Of a DNA stretch of 64,000 nt, positions 1 to 13,372 are shown piece by piece. The first letter of the stretch is position 1; each line of letters opens with the position of its first letter. The translations under genes were made by a program, and so were the position numbers. The DNA lies in assembly GCF_009914755.1 (NCBI RefSeq), contig NC_060925.1; one strand, given 5' to 3'. The notes beneath the pieces are model-generated. The model was given only the letters and a program-made list of their open reading frames with translations. It searched no databases and was not told the origin of the DNA. The stretch is from the human T2T-CHM13v2.0 reference genome, Homo sapiens.

Positions 1-432
1 TTATTAAAAAGCTTAGTTTATGATCACTTAATGTACTTATTATAAACCTTTTAAAATTAGTAATTGGATTACAAAATTGAGAAACATTAAAAAATGTCAG
101 GCTGATAGAATACATTTGGTCTATACAAATTAAGCAACTATCAGGGCATATTTAAAATCAGGTAGCATTAGAATTTTCTTTGTTTCATAGATTTATTCTT
201 TATCTCCTAATATCAATGTTTTAAAAACATGCATGTTTGTTATACATTTTCATGCATTAAATTATTATTCTGACTGTACATTATTTTTCAGAGTAAATTT
301 TGCAGAGACCCTCACGCTGAAGTAATGGGATGTTTGACATACTGACTTTTTATTACTTGTATCTAAAATATTTCCTATTCTCTGAGATTCTCAACTGTAA
401 AGAAGTTTCTTGTTCTATGTTAACTAACACAT

Positions 433-1050
<618 letters not shown>

Positions 1051-1637
1051 TATGTTAACTGACAAATACTATAGCACTATCAGAAATATGAAATTTTAGA
1101 AAAGAAATGTAATCAATTTATGACATATATTAAGATTCAGGTGTTAGGCAAGTTTTTCACTTTGTTATATTCGCGTACTTGGCAGTTTAATGTCTAATTG
1201 CTTTCAATTATAGCTTTAACATGTTTGAGACTTATCTCTTTTCAGAAGATCCTGCTTCTTGACACTAACTTATTTATCTTTTTAACAGTATTTCCATTAT
1301 ACTAAAGATTGCAGAAAGCCTCCAAGTCAAATACTGTGCTGACACAAGACACAGTGCTTAAACTCCCTAAGGAATGAAAGGCTCATCTCTGATTTACTCT
1401 TTCTAATAAGGAGACTCTTCTTCAATGCTCCAACATCAACAAGTTGAATCTATTCAACTGCATAAAAATGCAGATCTCTCTGCTGGAATTCTTCTTGGAA
1501 AAACCCTATTTCAAACTCATCTTATTATCTGAATTGTTTTTATACATTTAATTTTCTTGGCTGAATTGCTCCCCAGTTAATCTTCCTCAATCCAGCCGTG
1601 CCATTCAGGTTGTTCATAAGCTGACGGTGAATACTAA

Positions 1638-2294
1638 TGTAACCAACAAAGGAGTTTTTCCTGAGCACTGCGTAAAGAAAGACCACTGCATTGTAGTGGA
1701 GAAAGTGTTTAATGGACACGGGGCTGGGCACAGCTCCTAGGGCAGGGGTTTTTCAAAGGCAGTTTGGATGAAGGGGTGGGGTGGCTGGTAACAGGTGCTT
1801 GCTGCTGATTGGTTGGGAAGAAGATGGACTCACAGTGGGAGTCGAAGCTGTCCTCCTGCTGGCTGAATCATTTCTGGTTGGGGCCACAGAGTGGGGTTGG
1901 CAGGTCCAGGTGGAACCATGGGTGTTAGACATGAAAAAAACCTGAAAATATATGTCAAAGTTCAATCTTAGGTTCCACAGTAGAGATTCTATTTGCAGCA
2001 GTAATTGGAGAAGTTGCGTATCTTACACCTCTGGAATAATGGCTGACAATCGTTTACGTCTCAGCCTTAGAAAGACCTAGTCTCCTCTCCTTCCCTGAGC
2101 CTGATGGCTTTACAAAAGTGGTTGAGTTTTCTGGTAAGGCCTATTATCATTTACAATGTAGCCTACATTTCTTCCAGAGTTGGCTCTGCCAATTAGCCCA
2201 GGAATAATTAACGGAAAGGCAAGATGGAGGTGGGTTAGCTTAGCTTACTGTTACAATTTTTGTCATTGATATAATTTTTGCAAAGGTAATTTCA
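1638..2294 (-). mobile_element. Solo ERV1 LTR, LTR26/LTR8-group-like
   Basis: TG...CA termini. Reverse complement begins tgaaattacctttgcaaaaattatatc...aagctaagctaaccc, matching my recall of the LTR26 start. Confidence 0.7.
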
Positions 2295-2307
2295 CTGTTA
2301 TTCAAGC

Positions 2308-2425
2308 TTTTTTTTCTTTTTCTTTTTTTAGACAGATTCTCCCTCTGTCACCCAGGCTAGAGTGCAGTGGCACAATTTCGGCTGACGGCAATCTCCATCT
2401 TCTGGGTTCAAGCAATTGATCCTCC
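2308..2425 (-). mobile_element. 5'-truncated Alu fragment
   Basis: Poly-T plus Alu 3' end. TSD-like tattcaagctttt (2299-2311) / tactcaagctttt (2431-2443). Confidence 0.85.
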
Positions 2426-2819
2426 TTTAGTACTCAAGCTTTTATTACACATGCTCCATCAGGCAGGATTTTGTCCATCTTCATCTTCTATAGTTTATAT
2501 TATGAGAATAATAATGACTTTCATTTTATAGCATAAAATTATATAACATTGAAGGTGTTTTGAAAGCAGCCTCTATACCTATTATTGCTCTTAATCATTT
2601 TTGTTATCAAGAGAACAAAATGTTTATCTCTTTCTATATCAGGAAGTGACTTCAAATGTCTCTGCTTATGACAATCAGTCATTAAAAATAGCTTGCCTCA
2701 CCATTTTTTCTTCCACTCCCTCAAAAACATTTTTTTCTTAGACATAAATCTTTATTAAAAGTCTCTGCATGTTGTATAAAAGATTTCCAGGGGTATGTAG
2801 AATATATTTGTGGCACTTT

Positions 2820-3365
2820 TGTCAGAGGTGTTTGAACTAGAGCAAATCCATCTTGAATAGAAGCTGGGTAAAATGAGGCTGAGACCTACTGGGCTCATTC
2901 CCAGATGGTTAATGCATTCTAAGTCACAGGTTGAGATGGAAGGTCAGCATATGATACACGTCATAAAGACCTTGCTGATAAAACAGGTTGCAGTAAAGAC
3001 GTCGGCCAAAACCCACCAAAACCAAGATGGCGATGAGAGTGACCTCTGGTTGTCCTCACTGCTGCACTCCCACCAGCGCCATGACAGTTTACAGATGCCA
3101 AAGCAACATCAGGAAGTTACCCTATATGGTCTAAAAAAGGGAGGCATGAATAATCCACCCCTCCTTTAGCATATTATCAAGAAATAAGCATAAATATGAG
3201 CAACCAGCAGCCTTTGGGGCTTTTCTATCTATGGAGTAGCCATTCTTTTATTCCTTTACTTTCCTAATAAACTTGCTTTCACTTTATGGACTCATCCTGA
3301 ATTATTCTTGCGTGAGATCCACGAACCCTTTTTTGGGGTCTGGATAGGACCCCTTTCCTGTAACA
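2820..3365 (+). mobile_element. MER41A 5' LTR (ERV1)
   Basis: tgtcagaggtgtttgaac...ccctttcctgtaaca, with AATAAA. Direct repeat of 7385-7899. Reads gggaggcatgaataatcc, i.e. lacks the tandem GAS segment of MER41B. Confidence 0.9.
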
Positions 3366-6300
3366 TCTTTCTGGTGACCACGGAAGGGACTGTAGTGCAG
3401 AAACCCCCGATCCAAAGGCTAACTTCGGGTAAGTGGTGGGGTCTGGAAACATCTTTTTCCTGAACCCTGAAGGGATGATACTAAAGAAACCCTGCAACCC
3501 AAAGGAAATAGACTGCAGTGCTGATCGGCTGACTTTGGGTAAGTGGTGAGGTACCCGGGGAAAGGATGGGATTGGGTTATAGGCCCAATTTAGGGGAGTT
3601 AGAGTCTCTCCTAAGACAGAGTTGGTTACAGGCCCCTCTTAATAAAAGGCAAGGATGCTTGATCAACCTTGGGTTAGAGGCCCACCTCAGGAGGGTTAAA
3701 GTCCCTTCTAAGATTTAAGGGGTTAGAGGCCTCTCTCCATAAAATACCTTACATCTAAGAATGGGTTTGGCACCACGGGATGTTAACTGCTATTCTCTTT
3801 GGAATAATCTGCCTTTTACACTCAACAGCCTGAGCTTTTCAGTGTCAGCTGCAATTGGTGGGTCTTTTCTCTGGCCCCCTTGAACACCTCACCTTCCCCA
3901 CCCTGCCACAGGCAATGCTTTTCTGTCTCTTCTTACCCTTATCTTTTCTATTACTCGGGGAGACCATCTTGCCCAAAGACCACAGGTTAAAACTCCTGGT
4001 TGGAGGTTGGATTAACTATGATGGGCCCCAACTGGGGACAAGTTTTAGCCTTGCCAGTTTGATATTGGGTGCTAAGCATAGTGGCTAATGTCTATGTTTT
4101 GTAACATGTATTTTGCTCTGGCCAAAATGGAAAAAAAATACTTTTCCCTTTTGTTGTGGCTTGGCCCCCAGGGCTAGAGTGCAGCCAGCCGGGTCATTAG
4201 GGTGTGTCAAGGAAAGAGAACAAAGAAACCTGGCATACTGGCAAAAGGGGAAGGATTTCTTACTAGCTAGGCTTCTGGTCTCTCTCTCTTTCTCTCTCTC
4301 TCTCTATGCAAATCGGCTGAATGAGAGGTAAAAATCACTGTTTATCTCCTTTGTAAAGTTTTGATTAATGGAAGAAAGATTTTGTGAGGCTAGGCTTAAA
4401 CTGTAGGAATCTAGTGTGCTTTGTGTGTCTTTCTGTATTTTTCTGTCATAAAGAGGGGTACCTTAGGAAAGATTGGGGCCTAGGACCCCTATACACCTGG
4501 TTTTCAAGATGGCCCAGCAAACTGGTCAATTACAAATTTTGCTGCAGGTCACAGAAAAATCTATATGAGGTTTTCTTGTTGTCTTTTATGTCCTTGGGAG
4601 CTTGACCTTGTAACCATGTGGCCATGGTTTCTTTTTTCACAACGGTAACCTGGGTTTGAGGTTCAATTCCCAGCTTAGGGGATGAGTCATTTATCTTCTT
4701 CTGTCTGTGTACTTACATGCATTATGTGTGATATAAATATTAATTGGTTTATAAATAATAAGTGCATAAATCAAATATTTTGTAAAAAAAAGTGAAAAGT
4801 TTAATGTCTTTTAGTTCAAATGACTTAAGTAATCTTTGGGAAATAAAGACAGTTTTAAAGATTATTGGTAAAATATAAATATCTTCAAAAATGTAAATAT
4901 TTGCTCTAAATTATACAGGTCAGATATTAAATTTGCTAAATGCTTTAAGGTCATAAACTACTTCTTTGACTTTTGAAAATTGTTCTATTTATTTTGGAGA
5001 ATTAAATTCTGTGTAAGGCCTGGGACATGTGGACTTAGATGCTGGAAAGAGTCAGACTTTATCTGCACTTCTGTCTGGGTCATAGGCTTCATACCTAGTA
5101 CATAATTAAAATCCCTTACTTACCAAGGTTTTCACCAAAGTAACAGTCACTAAGAGTTAACAGTGTAACATGTATTTGAGACTACTGAAGAAACAGTTTT
5201 ACAAGCAAGGTGTATACCAAAAGTGAAATGAGTTTTTGGTAAAAGATTATCAGAAGGCATGGGAATGTGAATTTTTTTTTTTTTTTGCCTAAAGGGTTAA
5301 AGGATTGTTTTAAGTTAAATAGGAAAAATCTGAAGGTTTAAGCAAATTGTGGAAAGTTTGTGAAAAATTAATTGTAAAAGAGATTCTATGTGTGGAAACT
5401 GGGCTAAAGTTAAAAATGTATTTAGTTTTTCCATAAACTAAACATTGGAGTAAAAGCACAACAGGTTGTTTTTAAAGCCGAAACCTGTTTATGATCTGCT
5501 CTTTAACAAAAATTTGTAAAGGGTTATAAAAGGTTTATAAAAATCATACCTTATGGTCAGACTGATTAAAATTAAATACATTTGTCTATAAGGTTTTATT
5601 AAGAACTGGGTTTGACATCAATAATACATGAATGAAACAGTGACATTTGCTTTATTTGGTATAAAAGTCATATAGGAAGCATTATCAAATGTGAAATGGT
5701 GTTTAACTTTCTTTAGGTTATATGCATATAAATTTTTTATTAGTGTGTGTTTCAAAATTGCATAAGATTCCTATAATTCTAATATGCCTCAGTATATGTC
5801 ATCAGTAATGATTATAATTGTTACATTAAATCACTGTATATGCAACAAAGGTAACCAAATTGCTTTGTCAATCATGTTTTTAACTGTGGCTGTCCTAAGA
5901 TGTTTTGACATCCATACACAATTGTTGTCTTGTTTTTGTCCTCTTTAGAAGGTGGTTTATAATCAGCTATAGAACTCTAACAGGTGTTCTTAAATACAGG
6001 TTTCTGATAACTTTGAAGATTGTGACACTAGAATAGAAGAAACAACTTTCAGAACTCTCGTGGAAAACTGGAATGTTCATGAATATTAAACAGAACAGGA
6101 GTTAACTGCATGGACTGAACTACAGAAGCTATTCACAGCTTGAAGCAATTAAGTAAAGTATACTCCTATAAACAAAATTTGGAGCATATTTGTTTCTCTC
6201 TACCTAATTTCTCCAGAATTTGGAAACTATTTGTAAGTATTCTTAATTTACAGCAATATAGTTATTTGCCTAAATGCAATAGGTATCTGTTTTTCTTTGC

Positions 6301-7384
6301 AACAAGACACAGTTGGAGAAACTGGTTATTTTACCAGTGCTTTCCCTGGAATGGTATGTTTTCCTTTAAGGAATCAAATTTGACTTGTAAAGCCAATAAA
6401 AGACCCTTGGAGAACTAGCCTCATATCTTGCCTACACAGTCCCTTTACAGGGTTTCTGACCTGTGGTAAGTAAAGAATGTCACTTTCTAACAAGTCCAGG
6501 AGCCCCAAGTTATCTTGGGATCTCAAGAGGAGAAGAATTTACCCAACTCATAGGTATTTGAAGGTACAAACTCATGGCAGGGCTCAGCTCTAAAAAAGTC
6601 TTATCTAAGATTCCTTCTATGGAACAGAGTTCCATCCAAACCAATTTAAAAAGAGCTTATGTGAAAAATAATTATTCTTGCTGCACTTTATACAAATAAT
6701 CAGGCCAAGGATAATAAAGCAAATGGATCTTATCATGATTTGTCTTTATTAAAAATAGAAAACTGGAGAGAACTATTATGTTTCAAGAACTATGGTACAC
6801 TTATTATTAAATTCTAGTCTCACCAGTTGTTTTTAAGTTTGTTTCTGAAATTTAGGCTAACCCTCCTTATTCCTGTAAACCAACCAGGACCTGTGATGGC
6901 TGCTCAGAAGAAACAAGAGGGTTGGGTAATGTAAAAATCTGAATCAGTATTCTAATTCTGGGCATATACTGGAATCATGTAGTAACCCCATATTAGCTTG
7001 GTTCCAACAGTTGTCCAGTTCATGGAAAGTCTTCTAATTTAGTGTACTTGGGCTATGTTACTTATTTTGCTCGTCTTTTGTGGAATTTATTGCTGTTGTA
7101 CTCTTTATGTAGGAATGAGGATAAGCTTACTCAACATTTTCTTAAATTAAACACTTACTAATCTCCCAGATATCATCTGCTGTCAGAACTAAAGAACTAT
7201 GAATGACCCTCACCATACTGATGCTTTCTGACTGAATGCCTCTCTACTCTGAATACGAGAGATTGTCATATTTAGACAGGAATATCATTGCCCCTATTCA
7301 GCCTGAAGAAGTTACAGAAGATGAATGTTCATCTCTGTGCAACCCTTAGGATTAAGGGTGCTCTTATAAAAGGGAGAGGGAAAA
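3366..7384 (+). mobile_element. MER41 internal region (non-autonomous MER4-group ERV, no intact ORFs)
   Basis: Lies between two matching LTRs. PBS-like tggtgaccacgg just after the 5' LTR, ggtaagt donor motifs in the leader, polypurine tract aaaagggagagggaaaa before the 3' LTR. No long ORF in the track. Confidence 0.85.
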
Positions 7385-7899
7385 TGTCAGAGGTGTTCAA
7401 ATCAGAGCAACTCCATCTTGAATAATTGCTGGTAAAATGAGGCTGAGACCTACGGGGCTGCATTCACAGATAGTTAAAACATTCTAAGTCACAGGATGAG
7501 AGAGGAGGTCAGCACAAGATATAGGTCGTAAAGACCTTGCTGATAAAACAGGTTGCAGTAAAGAAGCCAGCCAAAACCCACCAAAACCAAGATGGTGATG
7601 AGAGTGACTTTTGGTTGTCCTCACTACTACTCTTCCACCAGCACCAGGACAGTTTACAGGTGCCATGGCAACATCAGGAAGTTACCCTATATGGTCTAAA
7701 AAGTAGAGGCCTGAATATGGGATAGCCATATTCAGGCTGCTATGGAGTAGTAGTACTATGGAGTAGCCACTCTTTTATTCCTTTACTTTTTTTATAAACT
7801 TGCTTTCACTTTACTCTATGGACTCGCCCTGAATTCTTTCTTGCAGAAGATCCGAGAACCATCTCTTGGGGTCTGGATCTGGACCCCTTTCCTTTAACA
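7385..7899 (+). mobile_element. MER41A 3' LTR with internal deletion and templated insertion
   Basis: tgtcagaggtgttcaaatc...cctttaaca. Aligns to 2820-3365 except around 7709-7760. Confidence 0.9.
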
Positions 7900-8318
7900 G
7901 TCTCACCACTTACTAGTAAGTTTCTTACAAAATTGTTATTTTCCTGGTCTTATAAAGTGTTCATTAATATATAGAATAGACTTTACACATAAATTATGCC
8001 AGTACAATTAAACTGAGTAACAATATTTGAAACCTTTAACTATACTTTTCTAGATAAATGTATCTCAATAGTTATACTTTAAGGAGTTATAATTCTATCT
8101 TTCTGTCACAAAGAGCAATTTTTCAAAATGGCTTGAAGGAATCCACATACTCATAACACACATTTATACTCAAACTTTGAGGATAATAATATATTGAATA
8201 TCCCCCCCCCCCAAATTAAAACAAGTTTCTTTTTGGATAAATTCTAGGTAATTTTTAGTTCAATACTCTTCTACAGGAACACACAAGCTTAAGTTAACTG
8301 TATTATAGTTCTGACTAC

Positions 8319-8955
8319 TTTTACTGCCAGCAGAGAATCTGTATGGGTCTGCAGCAACCTCAATTCTTGCCTTCTCAGAAGAAAGAATTCGACAGAGGGG
8401 CATAAGGCAGAAAGAGAGCCTGAGGCAAATTTTAGAGCAGAAGTGAAAGTTTATTAAAAAGCTTTAGAGCAGGAATGGAAGGAAGTAAAGTACACTTGGA
8501 AGAGGGCCAAGCTGGCAACTTGAGAGATCAAGTATGCAGTTTGACCTTTTGAGTTGAGGTTTTATATGTTGGCATATTTCTGGGGTCTTGCATCCCTTCT
8601 TCTCAATTCTTCCCTTGGGGTGGGATGCTTGCATGTGCATTGACCTGCTAGCACTTGGGAGGTGAACATGTACAGTGAATTTACCGGAGCTGTATGCACG
8701 CTCACTTGAGGCATTCTTCCCTTACCAGTCGAATGTTCCTAGAATGTCATGTACCAGTTAAATTTTGCCATTTTGCCTCTTAATGCGCATGCTTGAGTCC
8801 ACTCACCCAACTCCTGAGATCTTATCAGGAAGCTACTGAACACCAATTTCAGGGTTTTTTCTATCTATCAGGAGACTGCTTTTCCCTGGTGTCATCTGTG
8901 ACCAATTATTATTTTAGAGAGACAGTTAACCACCTGATGGTCACTTGACATTCGT

Positions 8956-9001
<46 letters not shown>

Positions 9002-9054
9002 GGGGGGAGCCCTCTCCTGCCCCGCTCATGCCTGACTAGCTACCTACTGTAACA
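8319..9054 (-). mobile_element. Solo ERV1 LTR, MER50-like
   Basis: Reverse complement starts tgttacagtaggtagctagtcaggcatgagcggggcaggagaggg. Flanks ctac/cttc resemble a 4-bp TSD with one mismatch. Confidence 0.7.
8957..8998. repeat. (GT)21 microsatellite
   Basis: Perfect GT run read directly. Confidence 0.97.
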
Positions 9055-10477
9055 CTTCTTGTTTCTTTTTTTAAAAAATAGTGTCCAGAGTAACGGTGAT
9101 CACTACCAAAAAATCAAAATCAGAAGCTCTTGAATATTTATTCAGCATGTTATCAATTATTAACAACAGAAGCTCATTACATTTAGTTATTTAGAAGTAT
9201 ATGTTGAGATTCAGTTTTCCCCTCAGATATTCCCTTCTACAAATTCCTTATTGATATTTTTCTATAGCCAGTAATGGTGTATGCTTTACATTGTTCTTTT
9301 CAAGCAAAGTTTATGAGAACCATAACCTAATTTAAAATTTTGGAGTTTTGAGCATTAATTTTTATTCACATTGAAGTGAAACCAGAACTTTTTTGAGTAA
9401 ATTTTGCAGCTGTCCACTCTAGTTCCTCTGTGACCATGTGTGCGTGCAGGTGAGGTTATCACGGAAGTTCTCAGATGAGGTCATTAGAGAGTGATGACTC
9501 TGCCTTCCCTCAGGTGATTTGTTACATGATGAGCATAGTGTATGTGAAGTTCAGTTTTTTGTCAGATTATGTAACCTTGAATTCACTGCTGCCTTCATCA
9601 GAACTTTGGCTATGCAATCAGTATTCCTTGAGGACTTAATAAAAATAAAGTTTATTCACTTGAGGAGTTAAAAAAATACATATGCCTAAGACTCACCTAT
9701 AGAAATTCTGATTCTGTTATTTGGGGATAGGAATATGGCAACTCTATTTTTCTTTTAAAACCCATGGTTGATTCTGAAAAATAATGAGGATTAGAAACTA
9801 CGTTTATAAGTACTTTAAGTTACATTCCTGAATCATGTCAGAGAACTTCAAACTCCCAATTGCCAGAAAAAGCTGTAAATTTGATTTGAACTTTTTTAGG
9901 AGACTAAACTCTGAGGCTGCACGTATTAGAACAGTCTCATCCAACCTCCTGGAATCCATTGAGTCTATTTGTATTACGGGCTTGGGGTGAGACCTGGAGC
10001 ATCGTGATGGTACAGAATGTACTGCACATTGAGGTACTTCATTACATGAGATCCTGTCTAGACAGTGGGACAGGAAAAGATTCCCAAACAATGCCAAGAC
10101 CCTCTTCCTGTTGAACTCATCTCCACTGAACCCCTGTGAACTGCCCCCGCAACCCCCACTTCCTTCAGGAGTCAGATCAGACTCTGGTTCCCACATTATT
10201 TTGTTTGAATCTCTATCAACAGCTTTTATTATCCTGATGGGTTAGAGTTAGTCATGTGTTTCTTGGTCTTTCCCTGAGTCTTCCCTTTGAGTAAACAGAT
10301 ATTGACTTTCCAGCACTTTTCCCATCAGCATCATCCAACATAATGTCTTTCAAAAAGGTGTGTTCAGTGAAGAGATGTTCCTAGATCCCAAATATAAGCT
10401 GAATCCTAAGAACATAACTGATATTGCTTCGTTTGCAAAGTTAATATACAATCAGTTATAACAATTTCCTTCTTGAG

Positions 10478-11069
10478 CTAGTTTTTTATTACTTGTCACA
10501 ATTAATACTGTAACAAATTTTCACACACTTAGTGGCTAAAACAACACAAGCTTATTATCTCACAGTTCTGTAGATCAGAAATCCAGGTAGAATTCACTGG
10601 TTCCTCCACATACCACCTTCCAAAGCCAAAATCAAGGTGTCAGCTTATTCGTATTTTGTTGTGCTAGGAGAGGATCCACTTAGCTCATTTAAGTTGTTGG
10701 CTACGCTTAGTGTCTTGCGGTTGTAGGCCCCAGTGCCTATTACTATGCTGGCTGTCACCTGGGAGCCTCTCTCAGCTCCTGAAGACCATTTGCATTCTTT
10801 GTCTTGTCTCCAGCCAACAAGCAGGAGTCCTTTTTATGCATCCGGTACCTCTGATCTCCCTTTCTGATGTATGTCTCCTGTCTCTAGCTTGAAAAATGTT
10901 CTCTCCTTTTAAGTGCTTATGTGATGCCATTGGGCCCTGGTGATCCAAAATAATCTCCCCGTTGTGATTATATCTGCAAAGTCTGTTTTGTTATGAAACA
11001 TAAAATATTCACAGATTTTAGGGTTTTAGGGAATGGACATACTTGGGGATGGTTTTTCTACCTGCTAGA
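10478..11069 (-). mobile_element. MLT1-type MaLR LTR (boundaries approximate)
   Basis: ctgtaacaaattttcacacacttagtggctaaaacaacacaagcttattatctcacagttctgtag and gggaatggacatacttgggg are typical antisense MLT1 motifs. Confidence 0.7.
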
Positions 11070-11181
11070 CTTTTGTACACCTATTGTCACTCTACTTTTC
11101 CCCTGTCCATTTGCTATTTACCACTGTAACTCATGAGGTTTTCTGCCATCATGTATCACTTTTTCATAGAGCTAGTCTAAT

Positions 11182-11237
11182 TGTATTAGTCAGGGTTCTC
11201 CAGGATGGATGGATGAATAGATAGATAGATAGGTAGG

Positions 11238-11289
<52 letters not shown>

Positions 11290-11799
11290 CAAGCGGTAAT
11301 TCATTAGGGGAAGTGGCTCATAGTATTACGTAGTCTGAGAAGTCAGTCTCATGATAGGCTCTGTGCAAGCTGGAGACCCTGGGTTGCAGGTAGCCTGGCT
11401 CGGTCCAAGTCTGAAGGCATCAGAGCCAGGGAAGCCAAAGGTATAACTCTCTGTCCAAGGCTAAGTAAGGTGGGAGAGGCTTAGAAGCTGCTGGCACAAG
11501 TCACAGAGTCCAAAGACCAAAGAGCCTAGAGTTTTAATGTCCAAGGGCAGGGTAAGAAGGGTGTCCCCACTCCAGGAGCAACAGAATTCATATTTTATTT
11601 GCCTTTTTGTTCCACAGGGACCCCCAGCCTACTGGATGTTTCTGATCACCTTGAGGGTGAATCTTTCCAATCAGTCCACTGAGGCACATGCCAATCTCCT
11701 CGGAAACACCCTCACAAATACACCCAGAAATAATGGTTTTTCATCTATCTAGGTTATTTCTTAATCCAGTCAAAATGACACCAAAAATTAACCATCACA
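11182..11799 (-). mobile_element. MLT2-type ERVL solo LTR
   Basis: tgtattagtcagggttctcc...aaaattaaccatcaca. Perfect 5-bp TSD ctaat (11177-11181 / 11800-11804). Confidence 0.88.
11202..11288. repeat. Compound GGAT/AGAT/AGGT tetranucleotide microsatellite
   Basis: ggatggatggat...(agat)n read directly, inside the MLT2 LTR. Confidence 0.95.
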
Positions 11800-13233
11800 C
11801 TAATGCTTAATCAAAAGGCTGGTGAGATGCTACCTCTTTAGGTAGATTCTGGTAAATAGCTGGGAACTATTGATACCACAACCTCTCTTCCCTCCCAAAG
11901 AAATACTGATACTTTGGAACTAGTTTTCTTCCTTCTTATTCTTATTCCAACTAAGCCTTAGCACACCATGGTCCAGAATATACTGGCTTCATATTTGATT
12001 ATCTCTGAGCTCATAACATGTCTTCACTTTAGAAGCTGCAGAGAATATTTTTCTGAATTTATATAAATACTCTTTCTTATTAACTTACAAGAATGAGCAT
12101 GAGTCATTTAAAATGTGTGATTCCCAATGGATTTAATCTACAATTTGTTCTTTAAATGCAGAAAAATAAATGGGATATTGGAGATGTGTTCTCGTGGAGT
12201 TTACCAAAAGAAAACAATGTACATTTAAATTGCAAATTCAAGATTTGTTTCACTTTAAAAAGAACCAACCCTGTCTTAAAGTACAATAGCATTTTGTGTT
12301 AAAGGCTAAATTACTAAAACACATTTATTTAAAATAAAATCATAATAGTCTCAAGAGCTGCATCTTATCACACTTACTTGTCAGCAAAAAATAGTGTTGT
12401 GTACAGATGGCAGCAATGATGTAATGTAATGTATGTCAAGAATATTTGTTAAGATAACATTGGGGGCCAAGACTTTATAGCAACTGCAGTCCTTTCTTGG
12501 TGAGCTTGCTTTTAAAAAACGATTTCTCATCCATTCAGACAGGTTCTTTTGCTGAAAGTCTCCAAAGACTGTTTCATTATCGTACCTTTTCAATGACTTT
12601 CCATAAAGGAATACAAGATGTGAATCTGGCTTTTAATATGTGCCATTTAAAGTAGTTATCAATGATACATTAGTCATTCCATCCAGTACCCCTGTGAGGT
12701 GAGTGAGTGAATAATTATAGGTGACCTTCAGACAAGTGAGGATCTAATGTAGCCTTGAAGGCTTCTAAGTATGGGGTGTTTTCTTTGATGAGTGAGTAAT
12801 CACTGAGTTATTAGCATGACATTTGAGAAGTCATTAGGGATTTGTAAGTAAAACAAATCTATTTTTCTTAGTCATGATAATGGGCTACTGTTCTAACCTG
12901 TAATGCTGGATTTTAGCTTTTTCTTTTCTTATCTCAAGATTTATCTCTTAATAGGTATATTTTCCTTCAGGAAAGGACACAAAGTTGGAGCTATCAGAAG
13001 CAACAATGTTTAATAAAAACAATTTTTTTCAGCTGTAAAACAAAAGAAAAAGTCAAGAAAAACATGGATTCCTATTTTCTCTTCCATGACTAATTTGAAA
13101 AACAATAACAACAATAAAAAAGCCATTTCAAAGCAATTCTAAATATCTAACTCTAGTTTATAAAACTGACCTGTTCAGTTGCTTTGAATGAATCATTTAT
13201 CCTGTTAGTTACTTCATTAAATCTGTCAAACTA

Positions 13234-13372
13234 TCTCAGCTTCTCTGGAGGCTGAAGCGGGAGGATCACTGGCGCACAGGAGTTTGAGGCTGCAGTGATC
13301 TATGACCATGCCACTGCACTCCAGCCTGGGTGACAAGGTAAGACCCTGTCTCAGAAAAAAAAAAAAAAAAAA
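13234..13372 (+). mobile_element. Old Alu monomer or fragment (AluJ/FLAM-like)
   Basis: ggaggatcact...gagtttgaggctgcagtg...ccagcctgggtgac...agaccctgtctc followed by poly-A. Confidence 0.85.

Noticed and set aside
2820-3365. Interferon-gamma/STAT1-inducible MER41 enhancer
   Set aside because: The tandem TTCCGGGAA (GAS) segment typical of MER41B is absent in both LTRs. They are MER41A-type.
3366-7384. ERV gag/pol/env genes
   Set aside because: Only short ORFs with no recognisable retroviral motifs.
9804-10196. 130-aa ORF in apparently unique DNA
   Set aside because: No recognisable domain or supporting gene structure. The length is compatible with chance.
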